Shown piece after piece: positions 9,621-18,913 of a stretch of DNA of 64,000 bases; within the stretch, counting starts at the first letter, position 1, and each line of letters begins with the position of its first letter. The translations under genes and the position numbers were made by a program. The notes under the pieces were generated by a model. That model did no database searches and was not told the origin of the DNA. It saw only the letters and a list, made by a program, of their open reading frames with translations. Source of the stretch: Deltaproteobacteria bacterium (GTDB taxonomy: Bacteria > Myxococcota > Kuafuiibacteriia > Kuafuiibacteriales > Kuafuiibacteriaceae); contig JAVJQW010000007.1 of assembly GCA_040218735.1 (NCBI GenBank), positions 96,001 through 160,000 of the forward strand. The letters are read 5' to 3'.

Positions 9621-10928
9621 ATGACGACCTTCGCGAAGCGCGTGCCATGGATCGGGGGCGCGCTCGTCGTGCTCGCCGCGGCGTCCGCCTTCGTCGTCGG
9701 TCCGTACGGGCCGCTCGGGCTGGCCGGTGTCCTGCTCGCGGTCGTCGCCGTCGGTGCGGTGACGCGCTACACCCCGGGGGCGCGCCCGCGGGTGGTCGTC
9801 GAAGAGGCGGCCGTCGAAGAGGGCGAGGTGTCGCTTCTCCCGTGGATCATCGCGGCGATCGGCGTGCGTTGGCTCGCGGCGCTCGCGTTGAACCTCTCGC
9901 CGCTGTGGCGTCAGTTCGCGCCCGACGCGGTCTTCTACACGCTCGCAGGTGAGGCGATCCGTGAGTCCTGGAGCAGCCCGAACGTCGACCTCGCGCTGTG
10001 GTTCGGCAAGTCGAAGGCGATCTTCTATCCGTACCTAAACGCGATCTCCCACGCGGTGTTCGGGTCGTCGCGGTACCCGCTGAGTTTCCTCAACGGCGTC
10101 ATCGCGGTGGCGGCGGCGTACAACTACGGGTTGCTCGCGCGCCGGATGTACGGGCCGCGTGCGCAGCGGATCGCGTTCATGCTGTCGGCGTTCTTCCCGT
10201 CGCTGATCATCTGGACGAGCATGAACATCCGCGAGAGCTGGAGCTACTTCGCGCTCTCGCTCGTGTTGCTCGGCGCGGATCAGCTCCGCCAGCGCGTGTC
10301 GGTGTCGAGCCTCGGGATCATGTTGTCCGGGCTCGTGCTGCTGTCCGTGTTGCGCGCGTACCTGATCCCGTTGGTGGGCACAGGACTCGTGCTCTCCTTC
10401 CTCGTGGTGCGGATGCGGCAGCTCCCGTACGCGTTGATGGGGCTCGCGGTCGTGGTGGGCGCGTTTGTCCTGTTCGGTGACGCGCTCGGCGTGACCGGCG
10501 TCCTCGGTGACGATCCCCTGGAACGTGTGAACGTCATGCGCCACCAGCTCGCGTTCGGCGGATCGGCGTACGGCAGCGACGTCGACACCTCCACGCCGAT
10601 GGGCGCGCTCACCTATCTGCCGCTCGGGATCTCGCGGTTCCTGCTCTCGCCGTTTCCCTGGAACATCTCGAGTTGGCGTCAGCTCATCGCGCTCCCCGAG
10701 TCGATCGCGTTCGCCTACGTCCTCTACTACGGCATCCGCGAAGCCATCCGCACCGGGTGGCGCGAGTCGTCGAAGGGCGCGCTGTTGATCTTCGTCCTCG
10801 CCGTCACGGTGTGTGCGTACGGCCTGGCCTCGGGCAACGAAGGCACCGCGTACCGCCACCGCGGTCAGATCGTGTTCATGGTGTTCGTGCTCGCCGGTGG
10901 CGCGTTCACTCGCCGTCGCTCGTCGTGA
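9621..10928 (+). CDS. Multi-pass membrane protein, probable Wzy polymerase / GT-C fold
   Basis: About 11 hydrophobic helices, PDAVFY, FFPSLIIWTSMNIRES and NEGTAYRHR motifs; lies in the wza-wzc operon. Confidence 0.6.
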   Translation: MTTFAKRVPWIGGALVVLAAASAFVVGPYGPLGLAGVLLAVVAVGAVTRYTPGARPRVVVEEAAVEEGEVSLLPWIIAAIGVRWLAALALNLSPLWRQFAPDAVFYTLAGEAIRESWSSPNVDLALWFGKSKAIFYPYLNAISHAVFGSSRYPLSFLNGVIAVAAAYNYGLLARRMYGPRAQRIAFMLSAFFPSLIIWTSMNIRESWSYFALSLVLLGADQLRQRVSVSSLGIMLSGLVLLSVLRAYLIPLVGTGLVLSFLVVRMRQLPYALMGLAVVVGAFVLFGDALGVTGVLGDDPLERVNVMRHQLAFGGSAYGSDVDTSTPMGALTYLPLGISRFLLSPFPWNISSWRQLIALPESIAFAYVLYYGIREAIRTGWRESSKGALLIFVLAVTVCAYGLASGNEGTAYRHRGQIVFMVFVLAGGAFTRRRSS

Positions 10929-12112
10929 CCGACACCATCGTCTACCTCAGCTGCGACGGTGCGTTGCAGCCGTTGGGTTTCAGTCAGGTCGTGCGCCCGG
11001 TGCTCGGGCTCGCGGCGCGCGGGTGGCGGTATCGGTTGCTGACGCTCGAGCGCGCCGAGGATCTCGCCGACGCGTCGCGCGTGGCCACGTTGCGGGAGCG
11101 GTTGGTCGAGGCAAACGTCGAGTGGACCGCGCTGCCGTACCGACGCGGTTACGGGCCGCTCTCCGCCGGCGTGAACATCGCGCACCCGGTCGCGGTGCTC
11201 ACGCGGCTCTCGCGCGGTGCGCGGCTCGTGCACGCGCGCAGCTACGTCGGCGCGATCATCGCGCGCGCCGCGCAGCAGGTGACGGGGGTACCGTACCTGT
11301 TCGACACCCGCGGCTTCTGGTTCGACGAGCGGCGCGAGCAGGGGCGGTGGTTCGCGAACGACGCCGTGTTCGACGCGGCCAAACGCTTGGAGCGACGGCT
11401 GTACGCGGACGCCGCGGGCGCGGTGAGCCTCACGCAGCTCGGCGCGGACGACATCGCGGGCGGTGCGTTCGGGCGGTGGGGCGACAAGCCGGTGGCGGCG
11501 ATCCCGACCTGCGTCGACCAGGCGGAGTTCACGATGCACCGCACCCGCCGGCCCGAGCTCGCGGACCGGTTGGTGATCGCGTGGGTCGGCTCGATCAACA
11601 ACTGGTACTTCATCGACGAGGGCCTCGCGCTGTTCTCTCGCATCCGGGCGCGAGAGCCGCGCGCTCACCTGTTGTGGCTGACGCCGCAGGTCGACGCCGC
11701 GACCGAGCGCGTTCGTACCCACGGCATCACCGACTTCACCGTGACCGCCGCGCAGCACGACGCGATGCCGGCGTGGATGGGCACGATCGACTGGGGGTTG
11801 TTGCTGCTGGTCGAGACGTACGCGAAGCGGGCGTCGATGCCGACGAAGCTCGCGGAGTTCCTCGCGAGCGGCGTGCGCCCGATCCACTTCGGCTGCAACG
11901 CGGAGGTCGGCGCGTGGGTCGACCGAACGCGGAGCGGGATCTCGGTGCCGTCGCTCGACGGGCGCTCGCTCGACGCGGCGGCGGGGCGTGTTGCGGAGAT
12001 CGGGCGGAGCGACGCGGGTCTCGAAGCGGCGCGCTCGATCTCCGCGGAGCACTTCTCCCTCGCGGCGGGTGTCGATCGTTACGACGCGCTGCTACGCGAG
12101 GTGACGTCGTGA
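10925..12112 (+). CDS. Glycosyltransferase (GT4-like)
   Basis: VHARSY, FDTRGFW, PTCVD, PTKLAEFLASG; GTG start overlaps the upstream stop (GTGA). Confidence 0.85.
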   Translation: MTDTIVYLSCDGALQPLGFSQVVRPVLGLAARGWRYRLLTLERAEDLADASRVATLRERLVEANVEWTALPYRRGYGPLSAGVNIAHPVAVLTRLSRGARLVHARSYVGAIIARAAQQVTGVPYLFDTRGFWFDERREQGRWFANDAVFDAAKRLERRLYADAAGAVSLTQLGADDIAGGAFGRWGDKPVAAIPTCVDQAEFTMHRTRRPELADRLVIAWVGSINNWYFIDEGLALFSRIRAREPRAHLLWLTPQVDAATERVRTHGITDFTVTAAQHDAMPAWMGTIDWGLLLLVETYAKRASMPTKLAEFLASGVRPIHFGCNAEVGAWVDRTRSGISVPSLDGRSLDAAAGRVAEIGRSDAGLEAARSISAEHFSLAAGVDRYDALLREVTS

Positions 12113-13224
12113 AGCTGCTCGTCCTCACGTCCTACCCCGACCAGGCGGCGTGCACGCGGTTCAGGATCTCCGCGTTCATACCGGCGCTGGAGCGCGCCGG
12201 GATCGAGGTGCGCTCCGAGCCGTTCCTCGACAGCGATCTCTTCTCGACGTTCTACCGCGCGGGTTACCGACGGAAGAACGCGCTCGGCGTGGCGCGTGCG
12301 ATCGCCTCGCGCGTCGTGACCACGTTGCGCGCGCGACGGTACGACGGCGTGTTCGTGCAGCGCGAAGCCGCGCTCCTCGGGCCGGCCGTCACCGAGGAGC
12401 TCCTCGCGCGCGGGCTTCGGCTGCCTCTGATCTACGACATCGACGATGCCGTGTGGCTCGCCGGCCAGGGGGCCTCGACGAACGCTACCCGCTACCCGCT
12501 CCTGTCGCGGTTGCTGAAGGCGCCGAGCAAGTCGCTCCGATTGCTGAGCTTCGCGACGACGGTGATCGCCGGGAGCCGCTACCTCGCCGACTTCGCGTCG
12601 CGGTACTGCGCGCGCACCGAGATCATCCCGACGGTCGTCTCGCGCGAGACGTGGCGCCCGCTCCCCGGTCGGCTCGAGACCGCCGCGCTGTCGACGCCGC
12701 CGGTGATCGGGTGGATCGGTACCCACTCCACCGCTCCGCAGCTCGCGCTCGTGGCTCCGGCGCTCGCGAAGCTCCGCGCCGAGGGGCGCGAGTTCTCGGT
12801 GCGGGTGATCGGCGCCGGCGAGGACTTCACGCTCGACGGTGTCGAGCTCGACCGACGCCCCTGGTCGAAGGATCGGGAAGTGACTGAATTTCAGTCGCTC
12901 GACGTCGGCATCGCTCCGATGTTCAAAGACGAGTGGTCGGAGGGGAAGTGCGGCTTCAAACAGCTGCAATACATGGCCGTGGGGGTCCCGATGGTCACCT
13001 CCGTCGCCGGGGGCGCGCGCGACTTCGTCACCCACGGACAGAATGCGCTCGTCGCCGAGACCGAAGACGACTGGTATCCGCACCTCGCGGCGCTCCTCGA
13101 CGACGCAGCGCTACGGCGCCGCCTCGCCACGAATGGCCGTCAGCTGGTCGAAACGAGCTACTCCCGGGAGGCGGTCGAAGACCGCTTCGTCGCGATCGTT
13201 CGTGACACACTCGGGCGTACATGA
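12109..13224 (+). CDS. Glycosyltransferase family 4
   Basis: IYDIDDAVW, VIGWIG, GKCGFKQLQYMAVGVP; GTG start at 12109 overlaps the upstream stop. Confidence 0.88.
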   Translation: MKLLVLTSYPDQAACTRFRISAFIPALERAGIEVRSEPFLDSDLFSTFYRAGYRRKNALGVARAIASRVVTTLRARRYDGVFVQREAALLGPAVTEELLARGLRLPLIYDIDDAVWLAGQGASTNATRYPLLSRLLKAPSKSLRLLSFATTVIAGSRYLADFASRYCARTEIIPTVVSRETWRPLPGRLETAALSTPPVIGWIGTHSTAPQLALVAPALAKLRAEGREFSVRVIGAGEDFTLDGVELDRRPWSKDREVTEFQSLDVGIAPMFKDEWSEGKCGFKQLQYMAVGVPMVTSVAGGARDFVTHGQNALVAETEDDWYPHLAALLDDAALRRRLATNGRQLVETSYSREAVEDRFVAIVRDTLGRT

Positions 13225-13263
13225 ACGTCGCGTCCACCGCGTGACCCTGGCTACAATCAACCC

Positions 13264-16080
13264 ATGCGGTGGGGAGCACTCGGCGTCGTCGCTGCGCTTG
13301 CCACCGCTTGCCTCGATCCGCTCCCGCTCGCCGGAAGTGCATGTCCGTGCGCGGATGGATTTCAGTGCTGCCCCAATACGAACACCTGTGAAATCGATTG
13401 CGGATCCGATCGCGACGCGGGTCGCCGCGACACCGGCGTGCGCGACGCGGGTCGCGACGGCGGTGAACGTGACGCGGGTCGTGACGGCGGTGAGCGCGAC
13501 GCCGGTCGCGACGCCGGACCGAGAGGGGTCGACGCGGGCTTCCTCGACGGCGGCGCGCTCCCCGACGCCGGCATGCCCCCGGACAGCATCGGACCGTGGA
13601 CGTGGTCCAACATCCGCGGCACCACGGATCGAAGCGCCAACTTCACGACGACGTGGACCGGCCACGAAGTGTTGATGGTCGGCGGCCGTCAGCTCGGGCT
13701 CTGCACGATCTATCACGACCGCTACAACCCCTGGACCGACACCTGGCGCCGCTTCTCGATCGACTTCGTGTCCCGCGGCGGACACGCCTCGCTGTGGACC
13801 GGCGATCGTTACCTCGCGTGGGGCGGCGACGTGTGCGCGCTCTCGGACGACACCTTCGCCAACGGCGCCCTCTGGGATCCGTTCGGGCACACCACCACCC
13901 CGATCCCCGACGCACCGGGCGCGGCGTCGTTCCCCGTCGCGCTGTGGTTGGGGGACGCGCTCTTCGTGCACGGCGGCGAGTGCAACGCGACGTCGTGTCT
14001 GGAGCGCGGCGCGATCTACGACCCGGCGGCCGAGCAGTGGCGCTCCGTCGCCGCCGAAGGGGGGCCCGCGCCGTTCCAAGGTCGACGCACCGCCCAGTGG
14101 AACGGGAACGAGGTGATGATCTGGGGCGGCACCGTCGAGTCCTCCGGCCGCTACTTCCCCGCGGTCGACGCGTGGCAGTCGTTCCCCGAGCCGAGCTTCA
14201 CGCTCGGCGCCGGCCCCTCGGTGTGGACCGGCACGGAGCTGATCGTCTGGGACGGCATCACCGGCGGTCGCTTCGATCCGCGCACCGCGACGTGGGTCGA
14301 GACCGCCCGCGTCGGCGCCCCGGTCGGCGTCACCAACCCGCAGGCCGTGTGGACCGGCGTCGAGATGATCCTCCTCGGCGAGGACGGCGGCGCGCACTAC
14401 GACCCCGCGGCGGATCGCTGGCGCCCGGTCACCGAGAACAACGCGTACTACGCGAACTCCAACGCGAAGATCGTGTGGACGGGACGCGACGTGGTCGTAA
14501 TCGGGTCGACCGTCTCCGGTACCCACGGTGCGCGCTACGGGCCGCGCCTCTCCGGGGACGCCGCGTGTGACGGCGGCGGTCCGCCGCTCGCCGTGCAGAT
14601 CCGTCGCCCGACGGCGCGCGCGATCGCCGACGGCGTCATCCCCCTGCAGGCCGTCATCGACACCAGCGTCTCGGTGCAGCGCGTGAGCTGGTTCCTCGAC
14701 GACACCCTCGTCGCGAACAGCGAGAGCGCCACACTCGATCTCGGCAGCGCGACCTTCGGACCGCACACGTTGAAGTTCGAAGTGCAGGGCACGACGAGCA
14801 CCGTCTGCGACTCGCGCACGATCTTCGTCGACGAAGCGCCTCAGCTCGACGTCACGATGCCCGTCGACGACGAAGTCGCGACCCCCGACCTCCTCGTCGC
14901 CGCGACGTGTACGGACAACGGCCCGGAGGGCTGCACGTTGCGGGTGACCGTGCCGATCGATCCGCAGGGCTCCTTCCTCGGCGAGGACGTCGTCCTCGCG
15001 AGCTCTCCCGGCGCGGGCGTCCTCATGGCGTCCGCCGATCTCTCGGCGTACGAGGGCCGCGAGATCACGCTCGTGATCGAAGCGACCGATGCGTTCGGGA
15101 TGCGCACGGCCGTGGAGCGTCGCGTCTTCGTCGAATCCAACCCGGCGCTGCTCCCGCACGCGACGGTCGAAGACGATCTCTGCGACGTCACGCTCGGTCG
15201 GGTCCTCACCGCGGACCCCACTGGGTTCACGTTCGCCCCCGTCGGCGCCGGCGCTTCGCTCGTGGTCCCGACCGCGCAGGCCCCGAACTGCGCGACCAGC
15301 CGCATCGTCCCGCCGCAGGACGCGGTCCTCCAGGCGGGCTCGCAGATCACCGACGTCGGCGACGACACCGTACGCGGCACGTTCGCGTCGGGCGGCATCC
15401 GCGTCGCCGGCGATTCGATCGTGAGCGTCAACGGCTTCTCCCTCGAACGCCGACGCCCGCGTGTCGGCCTCGTCGAGGTCGTCGGCGACGAACCGTACCC
15501 GGGCGAGGGCTACGACATCGCGCCGAACGGCGACGTCTTCCACGTCGCGCGCGACGGCACCATCGCGCTCACGCCGGTCGGCACCACGACGCCCACCACC
15601 CTCGGTGCGCTCCCGCCGCCCGGACCGCTCGTCGGCATGGTCGCCTCCGACGCGTGGGGCCTGTGGCGCCGCCGCACGTCGACCACGACGTGGACGCTCG
15701 AGCTCTCCGACGGCACCACGACCCAGACGCTCACAGGACCCGCCGAATACGGGGCCGCCGGCCCACGTCGCGATCGCGACTATCGCGTGGCCGGTGCCTG
15801 GGTCGCGTTCGAGGGGCCCGACGCGCTCGCCATCACGCAAGTGTGGTTGCGCCGGCTGGACGGCACGGTGCTCAATGCGTCCGACACGGCGTCGGACGCG
15901 GCGCTCGTCGGTCTCGCCGCCGACGGTGGCGTGATGTTCGCGCATCAAGACCGCCTGACGCTCTTCGATCCGGCCACCGAGACGCGCAGCGACGTGGGAA
16001 GCACGAACGCCCAGGTCATCCGCAGCGACGGCACCTGGTTCCTCCGCTACGGGCGCCAGATCTTCCGGTTGAACCCCTGA
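13264..16080 (+). CDS. Large lipoprotein: Cys-rich motif, RDAG linker, Kelch-like propeller, Ig-like domains
   Basis: Lipobox LATAC; repeated xWTGxExxxWGG...YDPxxxxW Kelch-like units; VQRVSWFLDD Ig-like segment. Confidence 0.75.
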   Translation: MRWGALGVVAALATACLDPLPLAGSACPCADGFQCCPNTNTCEIDCGSDRDAGRRDTGVRDAGRDGGERDAGRDGGERDAGRDAGPRGVDAGFLDGGALPDAGMPPDSIGPWTWSNIRGTTDRSANFTTTWTGHEVLMVGGRQLGLCTIYHDRYNPWTDTWRRFSIDFVSRGGHASLWTGDRYLAWGGDVCALSDDTFANGALWDPFGHTTTPIPDAPGAASFPVALWLGDALFVHGGECNATSCLERGAIYDPAAEQWRSVAAEGGPAPFQGRRTAQWNGNEVMIWGGTVESSGRYFPAVDAWQSFPEPSFTLGAGPSVWTGTELIVWDGITGGRFDPRTATWVETARVGAPVGVTNPQAVWTGVEMILLGEDGGAHYDPAADRWRPVTENNAYYANSNAKIVWTGRDVVVIGSTVSGTHGARYGPRLSGDAACDGGGPPLAVQIRRPTARAIADGVIPLQAVIDTSVSVQRVSWFLDDTLVANSESATLDLGSATFGPHTLKFEVQGTTSTVCDSRTIFVDEAPQLDVTMPVDDEVATPDLLVAATCTDNGPEGCTLRVTVPIDPQGSFLGEDVVLASSPGAGVLMASADLSAYEGREITLVIEATDAFGMRTAVERRVFVESNPALLPHATVEDDLCDVTLGRVLTADPTGFTFAPVGAGASLVVPTAQAPNCATSRIVPPQDAVLQAGSQITDVGDDTVRGTFASGGIRVAGDSIVSVNGFSLERRRPRVGLVEVVGDEPYPGEGYDIAPNGDVFHVARDGTIALTPVGTTTPTTLGALPPPGPLVGMVASDAWGLWRRRTSTTTWTLELSDGTTTQTLTGPAEYGAAGPRRDRDYRVAGAWVAFEGPDALAITQVWLRRLDGTVLNASDTASDAALVGLAADGGVMFAHQDRLTLFDPATETRSDVGSTNAQVIRSDGTWFLRYGRQIFRLNP
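13411..13570 (+). repeat. Low-complexity RDAG/RDGG tandem peptide repeat within the lipoprotein
   Basis: RDAGRRDTGVRDAGRDGGERDAGRDGGERDAGRDAG; near-identical 27-nt units of the form cgcgacgcgggtcgcgacggcggtgaa. Confidence 0.85.
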
Positions 16081-16103
16081 CCGTTTTCACGTTCTCATGC
16101 GCC

Positions 16104-17039
16104 ATGCCCGAGGCCCCTCGGCTCGTCTCGAAGGACGGACACACGTTCGAGATGCGTCCGATCCACTGTCCGACGTGCGGTCCGCACGCCGGTGAGACCG
16201 AGCTCGGCCTGCGCGGCGGCGCGCATCACCGCTACGAGCTCGGCGTCGAGACCCGCATCGTGCGCTGCCAGCGGTGCGGCCTGATGTACCCGAATCCGTT
16301 CCCCTTCCCGACGGATCCGCAGGAGCTCTACGGCGACCCCGCGAAGTACTTCGAGCAACACGACTCGAGCGCGAAGGTCGAAGCCTCGCGCAAGCTCATC
16401 CGCGGCTTCTGCGATCACATCGGCAAACGCGACGCCTCTCTCCTCGACGTCGGGAGCGGTCGCGGCGAGATGCTCGGCGGCGCGCGCGCGGAGGGCCTGG
16501 AGCGCGTCGTCGGGTTGGAGCTGTCGCTGGCGATGGTCGAAGCCGCCAAGAAGGCCTACGACGTCGACGTGCAGCCGCTCCTCCTCGAGGACTTCGCGGC
16601 CCAGGCGGAAGAGACGTTCGACATCATCGTCCTCAACGCGGTCATCGAGCACGTCTACGATCCCGACTCGATGATCGCCGCGTGTAAGAAGCTGATCGCG
16701 CCGGGCGGTGTGCTCTACCTCGACGTCCCGAACGAAGATCACCTCCTCGCCGACGTCGCGGGCGCGGTGAACCGCATCCTCGGGCGCCCCGGTGTCTTCA
16801 AGCTCGCGCCGACGTTCCCGCCGTACCACGTGTTCGGCTTCTCCCCCGGCTCGCTCACGATGCTGCTCGCCAAACACGGCTTCGTCGTGGACCGGCTCGA
16901 GGTCCGGAGCGGCGTGCACGTCCCGTCGTCGGGCGGTGTGAAGGATCGGCTCGTCTCCCTCGCGGGGACCGCCGTGAACGTCGTCGCCAACCGCGTCGGG
17001 CGCGGGCACAACATGTTCGTCTGGGCGCGGCCCTCATGA
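16104..17039 (+). CDS. Class I SAM-dependent methyltransferase with N-terminal Zn-ribbon
   Basis: CPTC...CQRCGL, LLDVGSGRG, LNAVIEH, PYHVFGFS; ATG at 16104. Confidence 0.85.
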   Translation: MPEAPRLVSKDGHTFEMRPIHCPTCGPHAGETELGLRGGAHHRYELGVETRIVRCQRCGLMYPNPFPFPTDPQELYGDPAKYFEQHDSSAKVEASRKLIRGFCDHIGKRDASLLDVGSGRGEMLGGARAEGLERVVGLELSLAMVEAAKKAYDVDVQPLLLEDFAAQAEETFDIIVLNAVIEHVYDPDSMIAACKKLIAPGGVLYLDVPNEDHLLADVAGAVNRILGRPGVFKLAPTFPPYHVFGFSPGSLTMLLAKHGFVVDRLEVRSGVHVPSSGGVKDRLVSLAGTAVNVVANRVGRGHNMFVWARPS

Positions 17040-18091
17040 TCAAGGTCGCCGCGCTCACTGGAGGGCGCGACAAACCGTCGTCGCGTTACCGCGTCCGTCA
17101 GCACATCGAGCCGCTCGCAGCGCTCGGCGTCGAGGTGCGCGAGATGATGCCGGTCCTCGACAAACACTGGGACCTGATGTCCGTCGAGTGGCAGCAGCGC
17201 TCGCCCACGCTCCGCAAGCCGGTGAAGGTCGCGCAGCACTTCATCAAGGCGGCGATCCGCGCGCCCGGGCTCGTCGAGAGTTGGCGCTCGGACATCACGT
17301 GGTTGCAACGTGAGTTGCTCCCCGGCATCCCGAGCTGGGAGCCGATCCTCAAGGCGCCGCGGGTGTTCGACGTCGACGACGCCATCTGGCACGCACCGCC
17401 GGCGGGCGCGTACACGAGCAAGAAGGTCGCCGCGTGGAGCGACGCGACGATCGTCGGCAACGACTTCCTCGCGAACTGGTACGAACCGTTCGCGAAGCGC
17501 ATCGAGATCATCCCGACCGCCGTCGACACCGTGAAGTGGTGTCCGGACCCGTCGCAGAAGACCGACAAGTTCACGCTCGGGTGGATCGGGACGCGGCCGA
17601 GCCTCCGCTACATCAACCACATCGAGCCCGCGTTGAAGGTGGTGATGGACCGCTACCCGGACGTGGAGCTCGTCGTGGTGTGTGACCGCCCGCTCGATGT
17701 CGAGCTCCTCCCTCCGGAGCGCGTGCGGTTCGTCCCGTGGTCCCGCGAGTCGGAGCTGCCGAGCGTGCAGGCGATGGACGTCGGGATCATGCCGCTGATC
17801 GACGAGCCCTGGGTGTACGGCAAGTGCAGCTTCAAGATGCTGCAGTACATGGCGTGTGGTCTGCCGGTGGTCGTTACGCCGCTCGCGATGAACGGCACCG
17901 TGCTCGAGCACGACGACGTGGGCTACGGCCCCTCCACGTTCGACGAGTGGGTGGACGCCCTCTCGGCCCTGTACGAGGACCGCGCCGAGGCCGTCGCCCA
18001 GGGCCTCCGCGGGCGCGCGGTGGTCGAGGCCCGCTACGGCCGCGACGTCGTGGCCAAGCAGATCGCAGACCTGTTCAAGGACCTCGGTTGA
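17036..18091 (+). CDS. Glycosyltransferase family 4
   Basis: PSSRYRV, FDVDDAIW, LGWIG, GKCSFKMLQYMACGLP. Confidence 0.88.
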   Translation: MIKVAALTGGRDKPSSRYRVRQHIEPLAALGVEVREMMPVLDKHWDLMSVEWQQRSPTLRKPVKVAQHFIKAAIRAPGLVESWRSDITWLQRELLPGIPSWEPILKAPRVFDVDDAIWHAPPAGAYTSKKVAAWSDATIVGNDFLANWYEPFAKRIEIIPTAVDTVKWCPDPSQKTDKFTLGWIGTRPSLRYINHIEPALKVVMDRYPDVELVVVCDRPLDVELLPPERVRFVPWSRESELPSVQAMDVGIMPLIDEPWVYGKCSFKMLQYMACGLPVVVTPLAMNGTVLEHDDVGYGPSTFDEWVDALSALYEDRAEAVAQGLRGRAVVEARYGRDVVAKQIADLFKDLG

Positions 18092-18109
18092 CAGCCGACC
18101 TTGTAGAGG

Positions 18110-18913
18110 GTGGAAGAGACCCCGATGATCCGTGAGAAGGTCGCGACGCTGATCTGGTACCTGGAGCGCCCGCCGCTGTATCGGGAGCTCGCCCGTCGCG
18201 TCACGAAGTTCCGCGTCACGACCCAACGCGAGCGTGAGCGCGCCGCCGCCGACAAGGAGGCGGGCCGCGCCTGGTGCGAAGCGAACCGCGCCGAACACGC
18301 CGACCTGCTGAAGGACCTCGGCATCGACGCCCCCCTCGAGACGCTCGCCGCCGCCCATCCCGACTGGTGGCAGCAGGCGCACGAAGCCGTCGACGCCTGC
18401 CCGGTGAAGATGGGCGGCCCCGCGGCGACCGATCTCCTCTACCACCTCGCGAAACACCTCCCCGCGAAACACGTCATCGAGACCGGCGTCGCAAACGGCT
18501 GGTCGTCGCTCGCGTTCCTCTCCGCGATGGCCGACAACGGCGGCGGCAAACTCATCAGCGTCGACATGCCGTACGCGAAGATGAAGAACGAAGCGTACGT
18601 CGGGTGCGCCGTGCCCCATCACCTTCGCGGACCGTCGTGGAGCCTCCGCCGCCTCCCCGACCGGGACGCGCTCCCCGACGCCGTCGCCGAGCTCACGCCG
18701 CTCGACCTCGCGCACCACGACAGCGACAAGTCCTACGAGGGCCGCATGTTCGTGTACGACCAGTGCTGGGATCGTCTGCGCGCGGGCGGCCTCATGATGT
18801 CGGACGACGTCGAGGACAACCTCGCGTTCCGCGACTTCGCGGGCCGCGTCGGCCGCAAGGCGTACGTGTTCTACAAGAAACCCGGGAACTACTCGGGCGC
18901 GCTGATCAAGTAG
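18110..18913 (+). CDS. Class I SAM-dependent methyltransferase (Methyltransf_24-like; start may be 18125)
   Basis: VIETGVANGWSS, HHDSDKSY, LRAGGLMMSDD. Confidence 0.85.
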   Translation: MEETPMIREKVATLIWYLERPPLYRELARRVTKFRVTTQRERERAAADKEAGRAWCEANRAEHADLLKDLGIDAPLETLAAAHPDWWQQAHEAVDACPVKMGGPAATDLLYHLAKHLPAKHVIETGVANGWSSLAFLSAMADNGGGKLISVDMPYAKMKNEAYVGCAVPHHLRGPSWSLRRLPDRDALPDAVAELTPLDLAHHDSDKSYEGRMFVYDQCWDRLRAGGLMMSDDVEDNLAFRDFAGRVGRKAYVFYKKPGNYSGALIK

